DNA from: Candidatus Nanopelagicales bacterium | Lineage (GTDB): Bacteria; Actinomycetota; Actinomycetes; S36-B12 | Direction of reading: 5' to 3' | DNA length: 64,000 nt | Assembly (NCBI GenBank): GCA_030728405.1 | Contig: JANQZS010000077.1 | Coordinates: 12,767-76,766 of the forward strand | Shown: positions 30,057 to 37,450 of the stretch, piece by piece | Layout: each line of letters opens with the position of its first letter | Numbering within the stretch: the stretch's first letter is position 1 | The notes under the pieces: generated by a model | What the model was told of the DNA's origin: nothing | What the model saw: the letters and a program-made list of their open reading frames with translations, nothing else | Database searches by the model: none | Program-made: the position numbers and the translations under genes

Positions 30057-30758
30057 ATGAGCTCCGGAGCAGATCAAATCTTGAATGGAATTGGCCAGAA
30101 CGACTATCAGCGTTACATCCGAACCGAAGAGCTGCTTGCGCTGCAGCCCAATCCCGATGAATGGGTTCACCGTGATGAGCTGCTCTTCACTGTGGTGCAT
30201 CAAACCTCTGAACTGTGGTTGAAACTGGCTGCCTCGGAGGTCACGTACGCATTGGCGCTGCTTGAAGAGAATCGGATTCGTCCGGCCCTGCGGCACTTGA
30301 CCCGGGTGCAGATGTGTGTTCGGTCATGCATAGAGGCCCTCGACATGCTCGAGCAGATGTCGCCCTGGGATTACCAGCAGGTTCGAAAGGCTCTCGGCCA
30401 TGGTTCTGGGTTCGACTCACCAGGGTTCAACCTCATTCGCACCATGATGCCGGCTCTGGGTTCTCAGTGTGAGCAACTAGTCAGTTCGGCCGGACTCACC
30501 TTGGAGACCCTCTTCGTCGAACATCTAGATCACGACGACCTATTTGACCTTGCAGAATCGCTGATGACCCTCGATGAACTGTTTATTGAATGGCGTGACC
30601 GGCACTTCCGGGTCGTGGAGCGAACCATCGGTCTACATGTCAAGGGCACCCAAGGAACCCCGGTCGAGGTGATCGGCGGCCTCCGGGACCGTCAATTCTT
30701 CCCAGCCATGTGGAATGTCCGATCGGTGCTCTCAGACCTGGCAGATGAGCGCCTGTAA
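30057..30758 (+). CDS. Tryptophan 2,3-dioxygenase-family haem protein
   Basis: YQRYIRTEELLALQ...RDELLFTVVHQTSELWLKL is the TDO N-terminal helix signature. AAGGG RBS before ATG 30057. Confidence 0.7.
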   Translation: MSSGADQILNGIGQNDYQRYIRTEELLALQPNPDEWVHRDELLFTVVHQTSELWLKLAASEVTYALALLEENRIRPALRHLTRVQMCVRSCIEALDMLEQMSPWDYQQVRKALGHGSGFDSPGFNLIRTMMPALGSQCEQLVSSAGLTLETLFVEHLDHDDLFDLAESLMTLDELFIEWRDRHFRVVERTIGLHVKGTQGTPVEVIGGLRDRQFFPAMWNVRSVLSDLADERL

Positions 30759-30871
30759 TTGCGCGTCGCAACTCTGTCCAATTTGCGTGTTCAGCCCGCA
30801 TCTTGCCCTGACTTGGGCGACGATGGAGGTACGCGAACCAGCGTGACTCCTCACATCGAAAGGGGCGCCTG

Positions 30872-31369
30872 ATGATTCATCCAGAGACCGGACCCACTCG
30901 CGAAAGCCGCTTAGCCGCCAAACATCGACCGCACCGAAGTGAAGACAGATTCTTCGCGGCTAAAACTGCAGCTCGGCACGCGTGTGAGGAACTCACTCAA
31001 TCCATCCGAAAGTCGCATATTCACGATGTGATGAAATCGGCTCTCTTAATGGCAGTCAGGCGCGCCGAAAACCGGTTGCAACATATCGCTCCAACGTCGG
31101 ATCACCCCGGCGCTGAAGTCAAAGCGCTCACGAAAGAGGTCGGCCATCTACAACTCGCTGAAATCTGGATCGCTGCTGGAGATCGGGTGATGACCCGTCT
31201 CACATCCGCACCTGCTACCGATGCACGTGCTGCTGTGGAAGAGGCGCAAGATCGGGTGATCTGGTGTGTAAAGGCAGATCGCTGGAATGGTGATCTCACG
31301 GTTGCGGTTTCGGATCTGCAGCGCGTAGTGCAAGAAGCTGAAGTCCACGCGTCACGGGTAGCTGGCTGA
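30872..31369 (+). CDS. Hypothetical protein
   Basis: 165-aa ORF with a GAAAGGGG RBS. No recognisable motif. Confidence 0.4.
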   Translation: MIHPETGPTRESRLAAKHRPHRSEDRFFAAKTAARHACEELTQSIRKSHIHDVMKSALLMAVRRAENRLQHIAPTSDHPGAEVKALTKEVGHLQLAEIWIAAGDRVMTRLTSAPATDARAAVEEAQDRVIWCVKADRWNGDLTVAVSDLQRVVQEAEVHASRVAG

Positions 31370-31379
31370 ACGGGCACCT

Positions 31380-31943
31380 TTGGCAGATTGCACGTACTTA
31401 TTGCTCACCGGCGGAGCCGGCACCCGGCTAGGGGAAGATAAAGCCGCACTTGTGGTGGCGGGGCGAAGTTTGCGCAGCCGGCTCACGGCCGAACTGCCCG
31501 CCGGTCACACTCATGAACTTGGCGTGGATTTTTCTGGTGGTCCGGCCTCGGCTGTAGTGGCATACCTGCCCCAGGTCAGAACTGCTCTGGTTGCGCTGCT
31601 GGCCGTTGATATGCCCTTCGCTGCGCCGCTGGTGGAACGCCTAGTTGCAGCATGGGATCAGGCGGTCGGCTATCAGGGTTTGGTCCCGATTGATGTAACC
31701 GGACGAGAGCAATGGCTAAGTGCCGTGTATTCGGTGGATTCCTTGCGCGAGGCATCCAAAGATCTCTGGATAGAGGGCAGAGTGCAGCCCGGTATCGCTA
31801 TGAAAGCTCTTGTTGGCGGCCTTCGGATCTCGCGGGTTCCCTTATCTGAAGCCGATAGTGTGATGGCGCTAGACATAGACACTCCTGATGACCTTGCAAT
31901 CGTCCAGGAAATTATGAAAGAAGGACATCGCCATGGAACCTGA
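31380..31943 (+). CDS. mobA: Molybdenum cofactor guanylyltransferase (MobA-like)
   Basis: LLLTGGAGTRLGEDKAAL nucleotide-binding motif. TTG start. Confidence 0.7.
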   Translation: MADCTYLLLTGGAGTRLGEDKAALVVAGRSLRSRLTAELPAGHTHELGVDFSGGPASAVVAYLPQVRTALVALLAVDMPFAAPLVERLVAAWDQAVGYQGLVPIDVTGREQWLSAVYSVDSLREASKDLWIEGRVQPGIAMKALVGGLRISRVPLSEADSVMALDIDTPDDLAIVQEIMKEGHRHGT

Positions 31944-32181
31944 TCAGCAAGCACGGGTTGACGAATGGGTAGGGATCGTGTCTGAGGCGCTGGGAGTTAC
32001 AGCACCTAGTGAGTACGGACCGATCTTGGATGTCGCTAAGTACGCAGCCCATCAAGTTGAGCGGCCTTCAGCGCCAGTCACCGCTTACCTAGTCGGACTA
32101 GCTGTTGCGGGCGGCGCAGATGCACAACGCTGTGCGGAAGTCATCAAGGTGCTCAGCGACGAATGGGCGGCTCGGGAGTAG
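31933..32181 (+). CDS. DUF6457-like small protein (MobA-associated in actinobacteria)
   Basis: 82 aa, overlaps mobA by 11 nt. The VDEWV...ALGV...LDVAK...AHQVERPSAPVTAYLVG pattern fits the family. Confidence 0.55.
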   Translation: MEPDQQARVDEWVGIVSEALGVTAPSEYGPILDVAKYAAHQVERPSAPVTAYLVGLAVAGGADAQRCAEVIKVLSDEWAARE

Positions 32182-32194
32182 TGACCTGTTCGTG

Positions 32195-33370
32195 ATGCAT
32201 GTTTCGTGGATGCAGGCGCGTGCAGCAGCGTGGGCAAGCGTGGTTCCGATGGGCAGTGAATCAGTACAACTGGCTGAAGCTGACGGGCGCATCGTGATTG
32301 AAGACGTACCCGCCTTGTTTCCTCTGCCAAGTTTTCCCACCGCCGCAATGGACGGGTGGGCGGTTCGCTCAACTGGCCCTTGGCAGATCGCCGGGACTGT
32401 CTCTGCTGGTGATGCGCCCGTAGCGCATCTTCATGATGGTGATGCTCTCCGAATCGCAACAGGTGCCCCGGTTCCAGAAGAAGCAGACCGCATCATCGCC
32501 TGGGAAGACTCAGTTGTGACCGGCGATGAGTTGACTTTGCGAGATCCTGACTACGACTCCAGCAAGACACATATTCGCCCATCGGGGGAGGAATGCCAGG
32601 AGGGAGCGATCCTTGCTGTGGCTGGTGCGCGCCTCAATCCAGCACTCATCGGCCTGCTTTCTGCTTCTGGTCATGATGCTGCTGTTGTTCGCAAGCAACC
32701 GCGTATTCGATTGATCGTGATGGGTAATGAAGTAGTCGTATCCGGCATTCCCGCTTCTGGGAAAGTGCGCGATGCACTCGGGGTTCAGATTCCGATGTGG
32801 GTAGATCGGCTTGGTGGAGTTGTCATTGACACAGTGCAGGTTGGTGATGACCTTGACGATCTGACGCAAGTGCTCAAGGCGTCGGTGCACGATGTTGACG
32901 CAGTGATCACCACGGGGGGCACGTCGCGCGGACATCGCGATCATCTTCGCGAAGCAGTGGGGAACGTAGCGGGTTCGCTGGTTTTCGATGGGGTTGACGT
33001 TCGCCCAGGACATCCCATGATGTTGGGCTTGATCTCTGGCACGCCGATAATCGGACTCCCAGGAAATCCACTTTCGGCATTGGTAGCGATGGTGACTGTG
33101 GCGGCACCGGTACTCGATGGTCTGCTCGGAAGGCCGATCACACCGTTGGGATCGATTCGGCTATCTGAAGATTTGCGTTCTTCGGGAACTGCTACCCGAC
33201 TTGTTCTTGGCACGGATTTCTCAGGGGATTTTGTGGGTGTTGATCATGCGTCGTCGGCCATGTTGCGAGGGATCTCGCGGGCTGACGGGTGGGCAGTCAT
33301 CTATGAAGGTGGTGCAAAGGAAGGTGCGAACGTTGATTGGTTGCCGCTGCCTTGGCGGCCGCGCCAATGA
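32195..33370 (+). CDS. moeA: Molybdopterin molybdenumtransferase
   Basis: PSFPTAAMDGWAV, TTGGTSRG and RPGHPMMLG motifs. ATG 32195 (or GTG 32192) avoids the 77-nt overlap implied by the ORF-track start at 32105. Confidence 0.85.
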   Translation: MHVSWMQARAAAWASVVPMGSESVQLAEADGRIVIEDVPALFPLPSFPTAAMDGWAVRSTGPWQIAGTVSAGDAPVAHLHDGDALRIATGAPVPEEADRIIAWEDSVVTGDELTLRDPDYDSSKTHIRPSGEECQEGAILAVAGARLNPALIGLLSASGHDAAVVRKQPRIRLIVMGNEVVVSGIPASGKVRDALGVQIPMWVDRLGGVVIDTVQVGDDLDDLTQVLKASVHDVDAVITTGGTSRGHRDHLREAVGNVAGSLVFDGVDVRPGHPMMLGLISGTPIIGLPGNPLSALVAMVTVAAPVLDGLLGRPITPLGSIRLSEDLRSSGTATRLVLGTDFSGDFVGVDHASSAMLRGISRADGWAVIYEGGAKEGANVDWLPLPWRPRQ

Positions 33371-33389
33371 GGCGCTCGCAAAACTGTGG

Positions 33390-33755
33390 TTAGCCTGCTT
33401 TCCGCTTGGATGTGGTGCTCATCTTGCTAGCCGCTTTACCAATCTTGGTTGTGCCACTTAACTCCTCAGCCATGAACTCGCGAAGCAGGTCGATTGCTTT
33501 TACGACTTTCTTACTACGCAATGAGTAAATGACGTTAAGTCCGTCCTTATCCGCCTGAACGACGCCCCGATCCCGAAGCACTGCTAAATGCTGGCTTGTA
33601 TTGGACTGCGACATCTCCAGTGCGTCGGCTAGATCATTGACTGTCATGGGGCCATGACGCAATTCAGTAATGATCATTAAGCGCTTGGGATCGGCAATTG
33701 CCTTGCAGATCCGAGCATGCAGCTCATGAATCTCAATTGATAGTTCGCGGTCCAT
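33390..33755 (-). CDS. ArsR/SmtB-family regulator (BigR/SqrR-like position, single Cys)
   Basis: Winged-helix core ICKAIADPKRLMIITEL...VNDLADALEMSQSNTSQHLAVLR. It lies downstream of the rhodanese-MBL gene on the same strand. Confidence 0.8.
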   Translation of the reverse strand: MDRELSIEIHELHARICKAIADPKRLMIITELRHGPMTVNDLADALEMSQSNTSQHLAVLRDRGVVQADKDGLNVIYSLRSKKVVKAIDLLREFMAEELSGTTKIGKAASKMSTTSKRKAG

Positions 33756-33781
33756 GGCGCAATCATGCCCTAAGTGCTAGA

Positions 33782-34912
33782 TCACAGGGTGGTACTGGCG
33801 GCGCATTGGTTCTTTCCGATTTCGAGGAACTCCAGTTCATCGGCAGAGACTTTCCGGCCAGCGTTGACTTCCCGGATGGTGTCGTACGAGGCTGGAGCGC
33901 TCGGCAGTGAGGCAACAATCTCCTGAACAAAGGCCATGAGGTCCTCCTCGTTCAACAAGGTTGACTCGAAAACGTGACCGAGATCGGTGCGAACCAATCC
34001 GTCGACGCCCACTTCATCCGGGGTGGACCAATGCGCTGGCAGCACCATGGTGGCCGGATCGAGCGGTCGGAGTTTGTCGTTGACGGTGTAAAAAAGCTCT
34101 TTGGCGAGCTCATCAGCTTGGCCGGTGAGATCGGGCCTTCCGACACCGCGTACGAACACGGTGTCGCCGGTGAGTAGCAGGTGGCCCGGAATGTGTACGC
34201 AGGTTGTGCCGGGGGTGTGCCCAGGCATTTTGATAGCAAGGGTGGTGATGTGGACGTCGCCCAGATCGAGAACCTCACCGTCGATGAGCGGGCGGTTCTC
34301 GAATGGCACCGAGCCACCGGCATCCTCGAGTGGAAGGTGGTATTCCGCACCGAGCACGACGGCCATCTCTGGTCCGCCACTGATGTGATCGGCATGTACG
34401 TGTGTGTCGATGACGTGGGTGATCTTCATTCCGTGTTCTTCTGCAAGAGCCACGTAGGCATCTGGGAATCGAGCCGGATCAATCACCACAGCATTGCGGC
34501 CGGGCACCCCGAGTACATAGGAAAGGCAAGCCTTGGCGGGCCGGTGCATTTGCCAGCCCACCATGCTTTCGGGCAGACATGGCAGTGCCTTTGCTACGAG
34601 TAGCTGCGCCCATGCAGTGGTTCCACCCTCGAGATTTCGAGTCTCAATGCCCTTTTCCGCCAGGAGTTCATGCAGCATCCCAGCGCCATTGCCATGCGGA
34701 CATACGACCACAGTTCCGTTTGGCACATCCGGTGCGAGGGTGTCAATGTCCTCGACAGCAACCCAGATCGGCACGTTGCGCATTGCGACCGGGGCAGGCC
34801 CCTCTATCTGCCACGTCGCATATTCGTCCTGATTCCGCACGTCGAGAATCAAGGGCACATGCCCGTGCTCAATCTCGTAGTAAAGCTCAGCAGGAGTCAC
34901 TGAAGTGGGCAT
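33782..34912 (-). CDS. Rhodanese-MBL fusion protein (persulfide-dioxygenase-like)
   Basis: An N-terminal rhodanese domain (LILDVRNQDEY...VVVCPHGNGAG) is fused to a metallo-beta-lactamase fold (IDTHVHADHISGG). Confidence 0.75.
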   Translation of the reverse strand: MPTSVTPAELYYEIEHGHVPLILDVRNQDEYATWQIEGPAPVAMRNVPIWVAVEDIDTLAPDVPNGTVVVCPHGNGAGMLHELLAEKGIETRNLEGGTTAWAQLLVAKALPCLPESMVGWQMHRPAKACLSYVLGVPGRNAVVIDPARFPDAYVALAEEHGMKITHVIDTHVHADHISGGPEMAVVLGAEYHLPLEDAGGSVPFENRPLIDGEVLDLGDVHITTLAIKMPGHTPGTTCVHIPGHLLLTGDTVFVRGVGRPDLTGQADELAKELFYTVNDKLRPLDPATMVLPAHWSTPDEVGVDGLVRTDLGHVFESTLLNEEDLMAFVQEIVASLPSAPASYDTIREVNAGRKVSADELEFLEIGKNQCAASTTL

Positions 34913-34935
34913 ATCAACCTCCGATGAGAATCACG

Positions 34936-34957
34936 GTATATGCGCAGACGCTAATAC
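34936..34957. promoter_or_regulatory. Imperfect 22-bp palindrome GTATatGCGcagaCGCtaATAC in an AT-rich divergent control region
   Basis: 7 of 11 positions pair. It lies 24 nt upstream of the rhodanese-MBL start, in the 180-bp AT-rich spacer shared with the dsrE-tusA operon. Confidence 0.25.
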
Positions 34958-35092
34958 AAAAATGGGCAAGATTCCTGTCAAATAAAGAATTAGCGACAAA
35001 ATGTTGGGAAGTACTTGCCTCAACGTGTCCAGACATCTACGGTCAGCCCATAGGCCCCGTTCCAGAGGTCTCGGTCCAGAAATGAGGCGATT

Positions 35093-35587
35093 ATGACCGA
35101 GGAAGCCAAAGACCCGAATTCCATGACGATCATCGCTTTCAGTGGTGATTTGGACAAGTTATGGCCAACCATGATCCTTAGTTCTACTGGCGCCGCATCA
35201 GGCATGGACGTCACTGTCTTCTTCACCTTCTGGGGTTTGTTCCCGTTGGTGCGAGACGATGTGCGAATCACTGGCTATGACCCAATGACCAAGATGCTTG
35301 CCGGCATGAATGCTCCCGGTATGAAGAAAGCCAAGTTGTCCAAGTTGAACATGGGCGGCATGGGCAGCTGGATGATGCGCAAGGTGGCAGGCAAGAACAA
35401 GTTGATGCCGCCGGAGGAGTTATTCGATATTTGTCAGGACATGGGCGTCAAAATGTGGCCCTGCCAAATGACAATGGATTTGCTCGGGGTCGAGGCTTCT
35501 CAAATGCGCCCGGGTCTTGGCGAGCCGGTCGGTGCGGCGACAGCACTGCAGAAGATGTCTAAGTCGCAAATCAATCTGTTCATTTAA
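35093..35587 (+). CDS. DsrE/DsrF-like sulfur-relay family protein (DsrE3-type, PF13686-like)
   Basis: 164 aa with IIAFSGDLDKLWP...FFTFWG and a conserved Cys in KMWPCQMTMDL. GAGG RBS. Confidence 0.7.
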   Translation: MTEEAKDPNSMTIIAFSGDLDKLWPTMILSSTGAASGMDVTVFFTFWGLFPLVRDDVRITGYDPMTKMLAGMNAPGMKKAKLSKLNMGGMGSWMMRKVAGKNKLMPPEELFDICQDMGVKMWPCQMTMDLLGVEASQMRPGLGEPVGAATALQKMSKSQINLFI

Positions 35588-35634
35588 TACCTACCACCGG
35601 ACACGAGGGTGTCCACTACTTGATCGGGGTAACA

Positions 35635-35865
35635 ATGGAAGACATCGCAGCCACAGTTGACGCTAAAGGTCAGTCGTGCCCGATGCCCGTGCTGCTCACC
35701 TCAAAGGCCGCCAAGGAATTGGCGCCAGGACAGGTCTTTCTCGTGGAGGCAACCGATATCGGCGCTCGATCAGATATCCCGGCATGGGCATCCCAGACTG
35801 GCAACGAATTGATCGAGTCATCTGAAGAGGGCGACGTCCTTCGTTTCTACATCCGGAAGAAGTGA
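35635..35865 (+). CDS. tusA: TusA/SirA-family sulfurtransferase
   Basis: DAKGQSCPMPVLL carries the CPxP active-site motif. About 76 aa; TTG 35620 is an alternative start. Confidence 0.8.
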   Translation: MEDIAATVDAKGQSCPMPVLLTSKAAKELAPGQVFLVEATDIGARSDIPAWASQTGNELIESSEEGDVLRFYIRKK

Positions 35866-35869
35866 TTTT

Positions 35870-37411
35870 GTGCGCTACGGCTTTGCCATTGATCAACGCA
35901 CCTGTATTGGTTGCCATGCCTGCACGGTGGCCTGCAAGACCGAACACGATATTCCGGTAGGTCAATTTCGCACGTGGGTGAAATACGTCGATAAGGGCGA
36001 GTACCCGACCACCACGCGTGAAATGGGTGTGATGCGGTGCAACCACTGCACGGATGCGCCATGTGTAACTGGCTGTCCCACACAGGCGCTGTTTATCAGG
36101 CCCGACGGCATCGTCGATTTCGATAACGCCCTGTGCATCGGCTGCAAGATGTGCATGCAAGCGTGCCCTTACGACGCTATCTACATAGATGACAACACGC
36201 ACACCGCAGCAAAATGCAATTTCTGCGCGCATCGAATTGATCAAGGACTCGAACCCGCCTGTGTCCAGGTCTGCCCCACCGAATCCATCTGGATGGGTGA
36301 TATTGATGACCCAACCAGTGGTATTAGCAAGTTCTTGAGCCTCGAGCCGATCAACGTCCGCACCCCAGAACAAGGCACTCGACCCAATGTCTATTACGTA
36401 GGGGCGGATCAGTCGGTTCTTGATCCTTTGGCGGCACCGGTTGACGACACTTACCTGTGGGCTGATGCAGATCCGCTGCGGCTTGCGACCGCCGCTGAGT
36501 TGCCGGGTGATCCACTTACCCGGGCTCGCACCACCTTGAACACCGCGCACCCGCACGCATGGGGATGGCGCGTGTGGACCTATCTCTGGACAAAGTCCAT
36601 CAGCGCTGGAGCTTTGCTGGTTGCGGCACTTCTGATCCTCGCCACCACTGATCGAAGTGACCTGTTCACCGTGGTGGCACCGTTCATCTCGGTGCTGTTC
36701 CTTTTCATCACCGCTGTGCTCTTGGTGTGGGACTTAAAGCAGCCCAAGCGATTTATCTTCCTGCTCAATCCATTCATGTTGAACAGGCGTTCGTGGCTGG
36801 CAATCGGAGGAATTTTCCTCGGTTTGCTGGGCGCGGTCAGTGGACTCTGGTTCCTCGCAGGTGCAGCTGATGTGCTTGGACTTGCAAACACGATCGGTGC
36901 GATCGACTGGCTCGCTTGGCCGGCAATTCCGGCGGCGGCGATGGGCGCCGGATACACGGCCTTCCTTTTCGGTCAGGCTGAGGGTCGAGACCTCTGGCAG
37001 TCGCCGGTGCTCTTCTGGCACCTACAGGCACAGGCCGTCATGGTCGGTTCAGGTGCGCTGCTGATTTTGGCCGCGGTCTTCACTCCTGAGGCCTCAAGCA
37101 TCACTTGGTTGGCGTGGGCTCTTGTTGCCGGTGTCATCGCTCACCTGCTGATCACAGCGGTCGAGTACGGCGGCAAGCATCCGACCCGCAACGCATCGAT
37201 TGCAGCCCATGCGATCACCCACGGCCGATACGCACGCACGTTCTGGTTCGGATCGGTCGGACTCTCGGTAGTGGGTGCCGCTGTGGCTGTGGGTGCAGCT
37301 CTCGGTGGTGGGATCTGGCTCGGAGTATTAGCTGGCCTGCTCGTCCAACCTGCGCTCTTCCTTCACGAAAAAATCTTCGTGATGGCTGGCCAAGACCCGC
37401 CGCTCTCCTAA
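35870..37411 (+). CDS. Fused 4Fe-4S ferredoxin subunit + NrfD/PsrC-like membrane anchor of a complex iron-sulfur molybdoenzyme (CISM)
   Basis: The N-terminal ~190 aa carry four Cys clusters (CIGCHACTVAC, CNHCTDAPC, CIGCKMCMQACP, CNFC...C...CP). The C-terminal ~320 aa have about 8 TM helices. There is no signal peptide. Confidence 0.75.
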   Translation: MRYGFAIDQRTCIGCHACTVACKTEHDIPVGQFRTWVKYVDKGEYPTTTREMGVMRCNHCTDAPCVTGCPTQALFIRPDGIVDFDNALCIGCKMCMQACPYDAIYIDDNTHTAAKCNFCAHRIDQGLEPACVQVCPTESIWMGDIDDPTSGISKFLSLEPINVRTPEQGTRPNVYYVGADQSVLDPLAAPVDDTYLWADADPLRLATAAELPGDPLTRARTTLNTAHPHAWGWRVWTYLWTKSISAGALLVAALLILATTDRSDLFTVVAPFISVLFLFITAVLLVWDLKQPKRFIFLLNPFMLNRRSWLAIGGIFLGLLGAVSGLWFLAGAADVLGLANTIGAIDWLAWPAIPAAAMGAGYTAFLFGQAEGRDLWQSPVLFWHLQAQAVMVGSGALLILAAVFTPEASSITWLAWALVAGVIAHLLITAVEYGGKHPTRNASIAAHAITHGRYARTFWFGSVGLSVVGAAVAVGAALGGGIWLGVLAGLLVQPALFLHEKIFVMAGQDPPLS

Positions 37412-37450
37412 TCCATCACGACGTCACAACACCACGAAGGGGCAGTTCGC

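Noticed and set aside
32105-32194. ORF-track start of moeA at 32105
   Set aside because: That start would overlap the DUF6457 gene by 77 nt in another frame. The conserved MoeA N-terminus begins after ATG 32195.
34924-35085. 53-codon ORF (MRITVYAQTLIQKW...) in the spacer upstream of dsrE
   Set aside because: It is AT-rich with A/T-ending codons (aaa, tta, ata), unlike every confident gene here, and it has no RBS. It is more likely promoter or operator DNA.
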